A stretch of DNA of 61,017 nucleotides, from positions 1 to 61,017 of IMG/VR virus record IMGVR_UViG_3300047586_000114; one strand, written 5' to 3'. Numbering within the stretch: position 1 is the stretch's first letter; every line of letters starts with the position of its first letter. A model generated the notes under the pieces. The model ran no database searches. It saw only the letters and a list, made by a program, of their open reading frames with translations, and was not told where the DNA came from. The translations under genes and the position numbers were made by a program. Positions 49,270 to 58,050 of this stretch are shown piece by piece. Source of the stretch: a virus (lineage: Duplodnaviria; Caudoviricetes).

Positions 49270-50502
49270 ATGGGGAAAAAACAATTTGAGGTAACATTTA
49301 AGGAGTTAGATAAACTTCTATTTACCTCTTTAACTTTACAATATAACAGTATCAAAAATAAACAATTCACTGCTATTCCATATATACAAGGCAGTCCCGG
49401 TATTGGTAAATCTGAATATATGAAAGAAGCCATTAAAACAATATTTCCTTCTTTTAAAATTCAAGGTAAAGAACTTAAATTTCTTTCTCTTGAAAATGTT
49501 ACTAAAATGGGAGCTAGTGAATGGGGTTCTGTTATTCAATATTTAGCTACATTTCCATTAGAGAAAATGACAGGACTTCCGTGTAAAACAAATGATGATA
49601 CAATATTTGCTAAATGGACTTGTCCCGATTTGTTTGATTTTACTTCTGCACAAATTAAACCAATAAATCTAGATAATTCAATTATTGTTCTTTTTCTTGA
49701 TGATTGTCATCTTGTGAAAAGCAATATGTCTCCTTATCTCTTTCAATTATTTTCTTATCGTTCTATTCATGGATATACTTTACCGGATAATGTTTTAATT
49801 ATTTGTGCCGGTAATGGTCCAGATGATAATGCTGGATATAATAAAATACCAACACCAATAATTAATCGTCATCTGTTTTTCTATGTCTATCCAGAAATAG
49901 ATGTCTGGATTGAGAGATATGCAATTAAGAAAAATATTCGTCCTGAAATTATTTCTTTCTTAAAACATGATGAAAGTTTCTTTTTTACAAAACCAATTAA
50001 TGAAGAACCATTTTGCACCCCTCGTTCTTGGGTTTCATTATCCAATCACATGTCATCATATTATGATCTTTTCCCCCAGGAAAAGGATACAGATTTTATT
50101 TATCAATTCGCAACCGGACTTCTTTCAACAGAAGCGGTTGGAAGATTTTCTGAATACATAGAACTTATTTATAAATGGGATGCAAAATCTTTATTAGATG
50201 GAAGTAAAAAATTAGATTCATCTCAACTAGATAAAATCAATGCTTATGCTTTATTATCTGGATGTTCTGGGGTTATGATTGATATAATCAAGAATATGAA
50301 AAATATGAAAAAAAATGATATTGAATTTTATGTAAGAAATTTCAAATCAATATTGGGAGTTATTACAAAATCATATAGAACTGTAGTGCCGATAGCTATT
50401 GCTTTGGTTGTTAGATATGAATTTAAAGAGACAGGTAAAATGGATTTTACTAAATCTTTAATATCTGATGAAGTATCTAACTTTGTTTATGAGTTAACAT
50501 AA
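49270..50502 (+). CDS. MoxR-like AAA+ ATPase
   Basis: GSPGIGKS, VLFLDD, ICAGN, INR, TPRSW. Confidence 0.85.
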   Translation: MGKKQFEVTFKELDKLLFTSLTLQYNSIKNKQFTAIPYIQGSPGIGKSEYMKEAIKTIFPSFKIQGKELKFLSLENVTKMGASEWGSVIQYLATFPLEKMTGLPCKTNDDTIFAKWTCPDLFDFTSAQIKPINLDNSIIVLFLDDCHLVKSNMSPYLFQLFSYRSIHGYTLPDNVLIICAGNGPDDNAGYNKIPTPIINRHLFFYVYPEIDVWIERYAIKKNIRPEIISFLKHDESFFFTKPINEEPFCTPRSWVSLSNHMSSYYDLFPQEKDTDFIYQFATGLLSTEAVGRFSEYIELIYKWDAKSLLDGSKKLDSSQLDKINAYALLSGCSGVMIDIIKNMKNMKKNDIEFYVRNFKSILGVITKSYRTVVPIAIALVVRYEFKETGKMDFTKSLISDEVSNFVYELT

Positions 50503-50503
50503 T

Positions 50504-51544
50504 ATGAATACTAATATATTATATGGAATTGCAACAGTAAGAGATAAACAAGTTAAATTACAATGCGGTACTAAATTTATAAGATTTGCAAAAAATGCTC
50601 CATATTTATGGACTGATAATAAAATTATTAAATATAAAGAGAAAACATTTTATCCTCTCTTTGATTCTGATTTAAGAAAAACTCAAATATTTATTTCATT
50701 TACTGAAAAAGATATAGTATTTGAAACAATGAAAATTATTGAAATAAAAAATTGTAAGATATTGAATAAGAAGCATATAAATAATATTAATGATCAAAAG
50801 TTTTATTTTGATAAATATATGAATCCTTTTCCTTATCTAAAACAAACAGATGAAGGTTCTGAAATAATTGGTGAAGATGAATATATATGTTTCAATAGAA
50901 TAAATGAAAGATCATCAGGATTTCCATTTAAAGAAGATTTTAATGTAGAAATAAAATGTGAATCAAATTTAAGTAAAGATGAAATCTGGTCAAAATTTTT
51001 AGATTATAGTAACATCAATTATAAAAATTCCATATTACAAATTTCTGAATTTTTTCCAGTATTTAGAAATTTTTATCTGAATAGAATCTTGTATAGTAGA
51101 TTTGCAGATAAGTATAAATTAGAAAAACCAAAACCTACTCCATCTGCATTTAATAATTTTGTTATGAATGAAGTAAATACAGAATTAGAAGTTATTGATT
51201 TAAATGAATTGGTTGATATTCAAATTATAGATAAAAATGGAGAAATAAATATCTTTAATAATTGTAAATTGTGGGATATTAAAAGAAATAATATCCTTAC
51301 ATATGAAATTGATGATATAAGAAATTTTAATTTCGTTACATATGATAAAATTTATTATTTGGTTCTTCCATTAACTGTATCTTATGAATGGAAACAAAAG
51401 AGATTAAAAGGTCATTATTACAGTTGTGAGGAGTATTATAAATATTTAATTTTAATTCAAGTAAATAAGCAGTCATTGGAAACGTTTAAAAGAAATAATA
51501 TAGTGGAGAAACTATCTGGGAGGGAGAGAATAAATAATATTTAA
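50504..51544 (+). CDS. hypothetical protein
   Basis: 346-aa ORF, 1 nt after the ATPase stop. Confidence 0.65.
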   Translation: MNTNILYGIATVRDKQVKLQCGTKFIRFAKNAPYLWTDNKIIKYKEKTFYPLFDSDLRKTQIFISFTEKDIVFETMKIIEIKNCKILNKKHINNINDQKFYFDKYMNPFPYLKQTDEGSEIIGEDEYICFNRINERSSGFPFKEDFNVEIKCESNLSKDEIWSKFLDYSNINYKNSILQISEFFPVFRNFYLNRILYSRFADKYKLEKPKPTPSAFNNFVMNEVNTELEVIDLNELVDIQIIDKNGEINIFNNCKLWDIKRNNILTYEIDDIRNFNFVTYDKIYYLVLPLTVSYEWKQKRLKGHYYSCEEYYKYLILIQVNKQSLETFKRNNIVEKLSGRERINNI

Positions 51545-51587
51545 AGGAAATAATTTTCATGCCCGGATGGCGTAATGGCAGCCGCAT

Positions 51588-51800
51588 CAAATTTTTTCTG
51601 GTGCGAGTATATGGTAACATATACAAAGATCGAGGCTAAATCGGTGAATCTCCTAACAGGTAAAGCTGAGGACAACGCCGTGCTAAGTGGGAAAATAAAT
51701 ATTCCCTAAATGTGTAGAGAAGCATATACCTCGCTCCTAACAGGTAAAGCTGAGGATGAAGACGTGCTCCATGCCATATAGTAATATATGGAAATAAGTG
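51588..51800 (+). ncRNA. group I intron 1 (213 nt, IC3-like) at tRNA position 27/28
   Basis: U before 5' splice site, terminal G; P1 CGCAU|CA with UGGUGCG (U-G at splice site); P10 UCUG/CAGA; AAAUCGGUGAA and AACGCCGUGCUAAG core; P3 CGAGG/CCUCG; P7 with UGCUCC. Confidence 0.88.
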
Positions 51801-51807
51801 CAGACTT

Positions 51808-52024
51808 AATTAATTTGAGTGCTCTAAGGGAAACCTTAGAAGTAGAAGTTCCCAAACTCGGTGAACGGTTTTAAATCCCAACGCCGAGCCAACCTCAATT
51901 AAAATTGAGAAGTGTGTAGAGAGCAGACGGGAACTACCTAAGTATCAAGAAATGATATATGGTAATGGCGTGCTCCAGACCACGAACATCTTTCTTAGAT
52001 GGCGTTGAAAAACGAAGTGGTAAG
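51808..52024 (+). ncRNA. group I intron 2 (217 nt, IC3-like) at tRNA position 34/35
   Basis: P1 ACUU/GAGU; P2 with GAAA loop and CCUAAG...UAUGG 11-nt receptor in P8; P3 AGUUCCC/GGGAACU; P7 GAGAGCA/UGCUCC; terminal G. Confidence 0.92.
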
Positions 52025-52110
52025 AAAATCTGATATCCGCAAGGGTGTGGGGGTTCAAGTCCCCCTCCGGGCATATCCTTTTTATCTAACAGGAAATTTT
52101 TTATTTTAAT

Positions 52111-52185
52111 GGGACAGTAATTCAACGGTCAGAATAGGTGACTCATAATCACTCAACGATGTTTCGACTACATCCTGTCCCACCA
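52111..52185 (+). tRNA. tRNA with CAU anticodon, probably Ile2 (lysidine) rather than Met
   Basis: GGGACAG/CTGTCCC acceptor + ACCA; anticodon arm GGTGA CTCATAA TCACT resembles the Ile2 type; no fMet hallmarks. Confidence 0.85.
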
Positions 52186-52259
52186 TTTTTATCTATTAGG
52201 AATTTTTTTAATCCACAAAACTAACTCAACAAAAAACACCACAAAAGGAGTACGTTAAA

Positions 52260-52736
52260 ATGAATAGAAGCAAATTGATTTTCGGAGTTGATTTCAACAA
52301 ATGTTTCAAAAACTTGAAGAAAGGTGATTTTATTCCCGCAGAAATATGTGAAAAGCATATTTCTTGCAGAAGAGATGATCCTAAATATACTAATTTTTTA
52401 ACAAGAATGAAAAAGAAAATTGAAAAAGAAATTCTTCCAAATACAGCAATTAAAGTTGAAGATAAAGGATTAAGAATTTTAACAGATCGAGAAGCAGTTA
52501 TTTATTACGATACAAGAATCAAAAGAGATGTGAAAAATGTCGTTAAAAATACTATCAAATCTCAAAATAATATAGACATTAAAAAATTAAATAAATCAGA
52601 AAAACAAGAATACACAAAATTATTAATGAAACAAAAGATGATAGCTTCTACCCTTCTTGCTACATCTCTTTCTCAAAAATATATTACTTCTGATGATATT
52701 ACATTTAAACCATTAATTAGAGAATTGAACGCATAA
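52260..52736 (+). CDS. hypothetical protein
   Basis: 158 aa, AAGGAG SD. Confidence 0.7.
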   Translation: MNRSKLIFGVDFNKCFKNLKKGDFIPAEICEKHISCRRDDPKYTNFLTRMKKKIEKEILPNTAIKVEDKGLRILTDREAVIYYDTRIKRDVKNVVKNTIKSQNNIDIKKLNKSEKQEYTKLLMKQKMIASTLLATSLSQKYITSDDITFKPLIRELNA

Positions 52737-52738
52737 AA

Positions 52739-53404
52739 ATGAGACCTGCGGTTGGTCTAAAAGAATGGATATTTATACATGGTCAAAAAATTAATAGTAT
52801 GTTTCTTCATGGTATAACTCATCAATCTTTAAAATCACTTCTTTCAAGTTTATATCTTCTCAATGATTCTGATGATGAAAAAAATTACAATTATAAAATC
52901 AGTCCTGAAAGAATAGAAAAACTAAAAAATCTTACTGGTTTAACATTTGAAGAATTTTTTAAACCATTATCGGATGAAAAATTAAAATCTTACCTAACAA
53001 TAGATAATATTAAAAGTGTCGAATATTATAATAAAAATTCAAGATGTTGGAATAATCCAACTATTGATTTTTTATATAAAAGATGTGTATCTTTAAATTT
53101 AAAGGAAGAATTTGATTTTATAACAGAAAAAATAAAAATGTCTCCTATTAAATTAATACCAATATCATCAAAAAGTCGTAAATTAATGAGTTTTCAAATC
53201 GAAGAAGATCAAGATAAAAAATCAGTATATTTAGAAGAAATAGATCAACCAAAAAATAGTTCTCAAAGAGAAACTATAATTTTTATGTTAAATAGAATAA
53301 ATGATATTAATGAATTTAGACAAACATTTTTAGAAATTTATGATAGTTCTGATGATGTTGGAAAAATTAATATATTTACAACAGTTGGAAGTAAAATGAT
53401 ATGA
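52739..53404 (+). CDS. hypothetical protein (possible degenerate HTH)
   Basis: 221 aa; ISPERIEKLKNLTGLTFEEFF is XRE-like. Confidence 0.6.
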   Translation: MRPAVGLKEWIFIHGQKINSMFLHGITHQSLKSLLSSLYLLNDSDDEKNYNYKISPERIEKLKNLTGLTFEEFFKPLSDEKLKSYLTIDNIKSVEYYNKNSRCWNNPTIDFLYKRCVSLNLKEEFDFITEKIKMSPIKLIPISSKSRKLMSFQIEEDQDKKSVYLEEIDQPKNSSQRETIIFMLNRINDINEFRQTFLEIYDSSDDVGKINIFTTVGSKMI

Positions 53405-53458
53405 AATATTTTAATCTTGTTTTTGAAAAATCAAAAACTTTAAAAGGAGATATTATCT

Positions 53459-54391
53459 ATGATTCTTGAAGAGTTCTTAAATGATATAGAAAAATTTAAA
53501 ATAGGAGATTTACAAAATCTTTTAAAGTTAAGTTCTGAAATATATAAAGATATTTTTATTGATAAAAAGGGAAATAGTCATTTATTAATAAAACAATTTA
53601 TTTTACATATTTTAAAATGTTTAAAAACTAAACCAGAAATTCCTCAAGAATTTTTTATTAAATATATTGATTTCAATGAAAAATATAAAGATGAAATAAT
53701 TGAAATTTTAATTAACAAAAATAATGATTTAGATACTTTTATAAGTGAAATACAAAATCATCCTATAACTAAATTTCATTTTTCAATTCTTTTTAGTGTC
53801 GGTAAAACCGGAAATGAAAAGAAAATAGAAAAAATAGCAAATGTTTTAAATATAAAACCTTCAAAATTACAAAAATATTTGAGACCAGACATAATTAAAA
53901 AAGATAACTATCCAGACAAAGAGATAGTTGAATATTTTAAATCATTGTTATTAGAAAAAGAAAACATTGCAGATGCAATTAATGAAACAATAGAAACAAC
54001 TAATTGTGGAATTTCAAAACTTTCAAAATTAACAGAAATATATCCTCATTGGATAAATCGTAATAATCATATTAGGATTAGTTCTCTTAATAAAGTTGCA
54101 CAAAAGTTAAATATGAATATTGAAGTTCTTTTAAAATTCAAGAGAAATAAACCAGAAAAAATAACCAATGAAACTTCTTTGAAAAATTTTACCTCGACTC
54201 CTGATGGGTCAATGATATTGGAAAAAGAAAACATTGTAAATGTCATTGAAAAAATTATTAATATAAATGATGAAGAATTACTTCTCGATTGTTATAGAAA
54301 TTTAAGTGAGAAACATAAATCGGAAGTTCTTTCAGTAGCACAAGGATTAAAAGTTCTTTCAGAATTACAAGAGAATAATAAAGATGCATAA
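53459..54391 (+). CDS. hypothetical protein with XRE-like HTH segments
   Basis: IEKIANVLNIKPSKL and ISKLSKLTEI...SLNKVAQKLNMNIEVL. Confidence 0.6.
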   Translation: MILEEFLNDIEKFKIGDLQNLLKLSSEIYKDIFIDKKGNSHLLIKQFILHILKCLKTKPEIPQEFFIKYIDFNEKYKDEIIEILINKNNDLDTFISEIQNHPITKFHFSILFSVGKTGNEKKIEKIANVLNIKPSKLQKYLRPDIIKKDNYPDKEIVEYFKSLLLEKENIADAINETIETTNCGISKLSKLTEIYPHWINRNNHIRISSLNKVAQKLNMNIEVLLKFKRNKPEKITNETSLKNFTSTPDGSMILEKENIVNVIEKIININDEELLLDCYRNLSEKHKSEVLSVAQGLKVLSELQENNKDA

Positions 54392-54515
54392 CCATCCCTA
54401 TACCCTTACAGAATTAATTATGTTAATTGTCGTTATAGGTATCATTTTATCTAGTCTCACAACATTTTGTTTTGGAATTTACGTAATAATTCATTTTCTT
54501 TTAAAGGTTTGGTAA
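54384..54515 (+). CDS. 43-aa prepilin-like membrane peptide
   Basis: MHNHPYTLTELIMLIVVIGIILSSLTTFCFGIYVIIHFLLKVW*; overlaps the upstream stop. Confidence 0.55.
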   Translation: MHNHPYTLTELIMLIVVIGIILSSLTTFCFGIYVIIHFLLKVW

Positions 54516-54524
54516 TCAACAAAA

Positions 54525-54738
54525 AAACTACTACCATTATTTCGGTGGTAGTTTAGAACTTAGTACATTTGGGAAACAAGACCTTTAGGTATTAATATTT
54601 GGGGGATATTAATACTGCGAACCAAAAAGCAATCATAGGAGTGCTCCCGTAAGTCGTGCCTTTTCTTTACGAAGATTCTTTTTGTGCTTTTCGACTTTCC
54701 TAGCCTTATATGTACTGGGTTCTAAACTGCTACCGAAA
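54525..54738 (+). ncRNA. candidate structured RNA closed by a 29-bp stem
   Basis: 54540-68 pairs with 54710-38 using only Watson-Crick and four G-U pairs; internal hairpins; alternative 5' hairpin 54525-54. Confidence 0.55.
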
Positions 54739-54753
54739 AGAAAGGAAACTTAA

Positions 54754-55002
54754 ATGGAAACAATTAAATTCCCAAGTGAAGAAATAATAGAGAAAAAAAG
54801 AATTGATTTTAATGAAGCAAATAAATTTGAAGTAAAATGTGAGAAATGTCAGTATTGGGTCAAAGTTAAAATAAATGAATTTGGTTGGGCTCCATGTGCA
54901 AATAAATTAAATATTTCAATTAATGAATATCATAGTACAGAATATGAAACTTTAACTTCTCAAGATTTTGGTTGTAATCAATTTAAAAGGAGATTAAATT
55001 GA
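54754..55002 (+). CDS. small Cys-rich hypothetical protein
   Basis: CEKCQYW...C...DFGCNQF. Confidence 0.65.
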   Translation: METIKFPSEEIIEKKRIDFNEANKFEVKCEKCQYWVKVKINEFGWAPCANKLNISINEYHSTEYETLTSQDFGCNQFKRRLN

Positions 55003-55217
55003 AAACGCATAAAGGGTTAATAGAAAAAGTTTCTAAAGTTTTGGGAAATGGTAACGTTATACACCATGAACCAACAGAAGAAAATCAAATTGGACAATCA
55101 GGAGTTCATACATTTGTTTCTGATATTATGGATGTTATAGAAGATATAAATGGTCCTTTAAAAGAACCATCTAGTACATGGAAGGAATTGATGAAATTTC
55201 TAATAACTAAAAATTAA
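54999..55217 (+). CDS. hypothetical protein
   Basis: TTG start with AAGGAG SD. Confidence 0.6.
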   Translation: MKTHKGLIEKVSKVLGNGNVIHHEPTEENQIGQSGVHTFVSDIMDVIEDINGPLKEPSSTWKELMKFLITKN

Positions 55218-55242
55218 CTAAAACAGAAAGGAGAAATATCAT

Positions 55243-55701
55243 ATGTCAGCAGACAACGGAATCTACATTTTAAAAACTTTAGCCCCCACCGGAAGAGGTT
55301 TTGAATTTAGAATAATTCATGCTCAAGCAATTGAAAATTTAACATATCAACACCCAACAGGTAATCCTTGTGAAATAATAAATTATTACTTAGATACTAA
55401 AGTTATGACGAATCAAAATAAAGCTTTAAAATCAGCTCATAATTTATATGAAGAATATACAAAAGATGGTGGGTATGTTGAATATGGAGTTAGTATTATT
55501 GAATTCGAAAAAACATTTGAAGAATTTATAATTTTAGCTATTCCTCAATTAAGACAAATGATTAAAGACACTATCAACGGAAAAATAAATACTAATTATG
55601 ATGAAGGTTCTAAATTATATGAAATTCAAAGTTGTTGTGAATTGTTAAGAAAATTATTACATATTCATCCTGAATTAAGAAAGGATAAATTTAATAAGTA
55701 A
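55243..55701 (+). CDS. hypothetical phage protein
   Basis: MSADNGIYIL...EYGV; strong SD. Confidence 0.7.
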   Translation: MSADNGIYILKTLAPTGRGFEFRIIHAQAIENLTYQHPTGNPCEIINYYLDTKVMTNQNKALKSAHNLYEEYTKDGGYVEYGVSIIEFEKTFEEFIILAIPQLRQMIKDTINGKINTNYDEGSKLYEIQSCCELLRKLLHIHPELRKDKFNK

Positions 55702-55749
55702 GTAGTATTTATAAACTAAAAAACAACAACGAAAAAAGGAAAAAAGAAA

Positions 55750-55971
55750 ATGAAGACTGTGAAGCTCACGGTGGGTGGAGTCGTTAGAAGACTAGATGAT
55801 GAAATGTCTCGAAAGTTAGTAAAGGAAGGAAAAGCGACTTTTTGTCAGAAAAGTGAGTGGAAGAAGTTACAACCTAAGAAGAAAACCTTTTTAGAAGAAG
55901 CTCAAGAAAATAAAAAGAAATTAAATGGTCAAATAATTCCAATAAAAGAATTTCCAGATGGTGAAATATGA
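55750..55971 (+). CDS. hypothetical basic protein
   Basis: 73 aa, SD present. Confidence 0.6.
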   Translation: MKTVKLTVGGVVRRLDDEMSRKLVKEGKATFCQKSEWKKLQPKKKTFLEEAQENKKKLNGQIIPIKEFPDGEI

Positions 55972-56732
55972 ATGATACAATCGGTGTATCTTGGCTTCAT
56001 ACTGATATAATTAATATAGATGAATCTTATCAAAGACCAATTACAAAATCTTCTTCATGTCATGAAATAATTAAAAATGGGTGGCATGACGAATCAGCTG
56101 GTATTTGCACTGTATCTTGTAGAATAACTGATAAATTATATTACATGATAGATGGAAGAAATAGATTATATGCAGCTGTTAGATTAGGAATACAAAAGTT
56201 GCGTTGTAAAATAATTCATTCGGATGGACCACATCATGAAGCATCTATATTTTATAACATGAATGCTATTAGACATAATCCATCAGTTCTTGAAAGATTT
56301 AATGCTAAAGTTATTTCTGGTGATGAATTTTGTATTGAATTAAATATTGCAATTAAAAATCTTAATATAATACTCGGTGGTAGAAATAAAAACGGTGCTG
56401 CTTATGCATCTGATATAATTAGTTCATATAAACAAAATAAAGAAGCAACAATAAATGCATTATCTTTAGCTAGAGACATTATTAGTGATGAAGATGTTAA
56501 TATGCATAATTATGTTTTTATTGGAATTTTTAATTGTTTGATTGAGGATATTAATAGATATCAATTAATACGAAAAGAGTTAAATAGTATAAAAAATAAA
56601 GGTGGTCAAGGGGCAATAATTCGTCGAGTAAAAACTTTACAGCAAATAGACAAAAGTCATAGAGTAGGTCCTCTTGCAACTCAAGCGTTTAAAGATATTT
56701 ATAATAAGAAGAAAACAATTAACAGAATTTAA
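55968..56732 (+). CDS. ParB/Srx-like domain protein
   Basis: IDESYQR...YMIDGRNRLYAA...EA.IF..MN. Confidence 0.7.
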   Translation: MNDTIGVSWLHTDIINIDESYQRPITKSSSCHEIIKNGWHDESAGICTVSCRITDKLYYMIDGRNRLYAAVRLGIQKLRCKIIHSDGPHHEASIFYNMNAIRHNPSVLERFNAKVISGDEFCIELNIAIKNLNIILGGRNKNGAAYASDIISSYKQNKEATINALSLARDIISDEDVNMHNYVFIGIFNCLIEDINRYQLIRKELNSIKNKGGQGAIIRRVKTLQQIDKSHRVGPLATQAFKDIYNKKKTINRI

Positions 56733-56754
56733 AAAAAATTTGAGAGGTAAAAAG

Positions 56755-56839
56755 GGGGTGTCAGAAAAGCTGGTTTAAATAACTTTATGAGGTTAGATAT
56801 AACCTTGTAATGCTTATAGTTAGACAGCTTCTGCACCCC
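56755..56839. terminator. long imperfect hairpin between convergent genes
   Basis: GGGGTG...CACCCC closing stem with nested AGCTG/CAGCT and GAGGTTA/TAACCTT. Confidence 0.5.
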
Positions 56840-56846
56840 TAAAATT

Positions 56847-57368
56847 TTACAAACTTCCTTGATTATTTTTTTTGTCTGTTTTTTCTATAAATGAATTAAT
56901 TTTCTTTTTCAACATATCATTATCTTTTTCAGACTTACTTAAATCTTCTCTAAGTTTTTTATTTTCTGTTCTTAACTCTTCTATTTGTTCTCTTAAACAA
57001 TCTAACTCTAAATTAAAATCGTATCGTATTCTTTTATTTTCTGATTGTAATTGTTCTATTTGTATTTTAAAATTAGCCATTAATGTTGAATACCCTTCTG
57101 ATATTTCTTTTATTGTGGGTTCTTTAATTGTATCTAATATTACATTTCTTGATTCTTCTTGAATTTTATCAGTTTGTTTTTCTGTTAACTTAACTTGTGC
57201 TTCTGTTAGTTTGACTTCTGCTTCTTCTTTTTTTCTTTGATTTTTTCTCACAAAAACAACCCCCATTATAGCTAAAATAATTGGCACGAGCAAACCGCCA
57301 ATTGCTGCAAATATTAAAGCAACTTTATATGCTAATTGAACTTTTGTAGTGATGTCCATAGTGTGCAT
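56847..57368 (-). CDS. single-TM protein with long coiled coil
   Basis: N-terminal hydrophobic helix, then heptad-rich C-terminus. Confidence 0.65.
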   Translation of the reverse strand: MHTMDITTKVQLAYKVALIFAAIGGLLVPIILAIMGVVFVRKNQRKKEEAEVKLTEAQVKLTEKQTDKIQEESRNVILDTIKEPTIKEISEGYSTLMANFKIQIEQLQSENKRIRYDFNLELDCLREQIEELRTENKKLREDLSKSEKDNDMLKKKINSFIEKTDKKNNQGSL

Positions 57369-58050
57369 TAATTATTTGACTTAAAGTACTACCATTAAAA
57401 ATACTAATTTTATACCAAACATATGATATACTAAATAAAACAAACCCATAAGAGATTATTTTAAAAACATGTCCTGTATAAAAAAATGGATCATATAAAT
57501 TAGTAGATAATGCAGAACAAACAGAATTTAATAAAACTCCTGCTATAGCCCATCTTAATATTTTTGCCCATTTAGAAACTATATCAACCAACCTACCAAA
57601 TACAATTCCAATAATAAGTAACTGAATAATTACAATATAGTTTTCTATTGGTCCATAAATAAAAGAATCAAATATTGTTTTTGGTAATAATGCAAATAAA
57701 AAAATAGAGTATATTGAAATGGCTATTAATAAATAAATCCAATTCTTTTTTTTCAAAAAGAGAAACTTCTCTTCTTTACTTGTTCCCGGATATACGCATA
57801 ACATTACTAAAAGTGTAAAAAGTATGCGTTCAAAAATTCCTGTTTTTGTAATAAAAATATCTGGCGATGTACAAAAAATACTAATGGTCGAATGTAGTAA
57901 TGATAAAACAGCCATCCATATTCCCCAACACACCATCCAAAATAAAGCATGAATATCTTTATTTTTTAAATATAATGGATAACTAAAAATAAGTGTAGTA
58001 ATAGCTAAACTAACACATATCATTTCTAAAAATAAATGAAGTTCCATCAA
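57325..58050 (-). CDS. multi-pass (about 7 TM) membrane protein, MASE-like sensor domain without output domain
   Basis: Seven hydrophobic stretches; GHVFKIISY motif near the C-terminus. Confidence 0.55.
   Translation of the reverse strand: MMELHLFLEMICVSLAITTLIFSYPLYLKNKDIHALFWMVCWGIWMAVLSLLHSTISIFCTSPDIFITKTGIFERILFTLLVMLCVYPGTSKEEKFLFLKKKNWIYLLIAISIYSIFLFALLPKTIFDSFIYGPIENYIVIIQLLIIGIVFGRLVDIVSKWAKILRWAIAGVLLNSVCSALSTNLYDPFFYTGHVFKIISYGFVLFSISYVWYKISIFNGSTLSQIINAHYGHHYKSSISI

Larger units (their letters stand above)
51561..52073 (+). tRNA. trnL: tRNA-Leu(UAA) split into three exons (51561-51587, 51801-51807, 52025-52073)
   Basis: Joined exons give GCCCGGA TG GCGTAATGGCAGCCGC A TCAGA CTTAAAA TCTGA TATCCGCAAGGGTGT GGGGG TTCAAGT CCCCC TCCGGGC A: complete cloverleaf with long variable arm; CCA not encoded. 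Confidence 0.92.

Noticed and set aside
51588-52024. Single long intron or nested twintron
   Set aside because: Two complete cores lie in series, and CAGACTT between them is required to rebuild the anticodon arm
51934-52125. 63-aa minus-strand ORF
   Set aside because: Antisense shadow of tRNA/intron sequence
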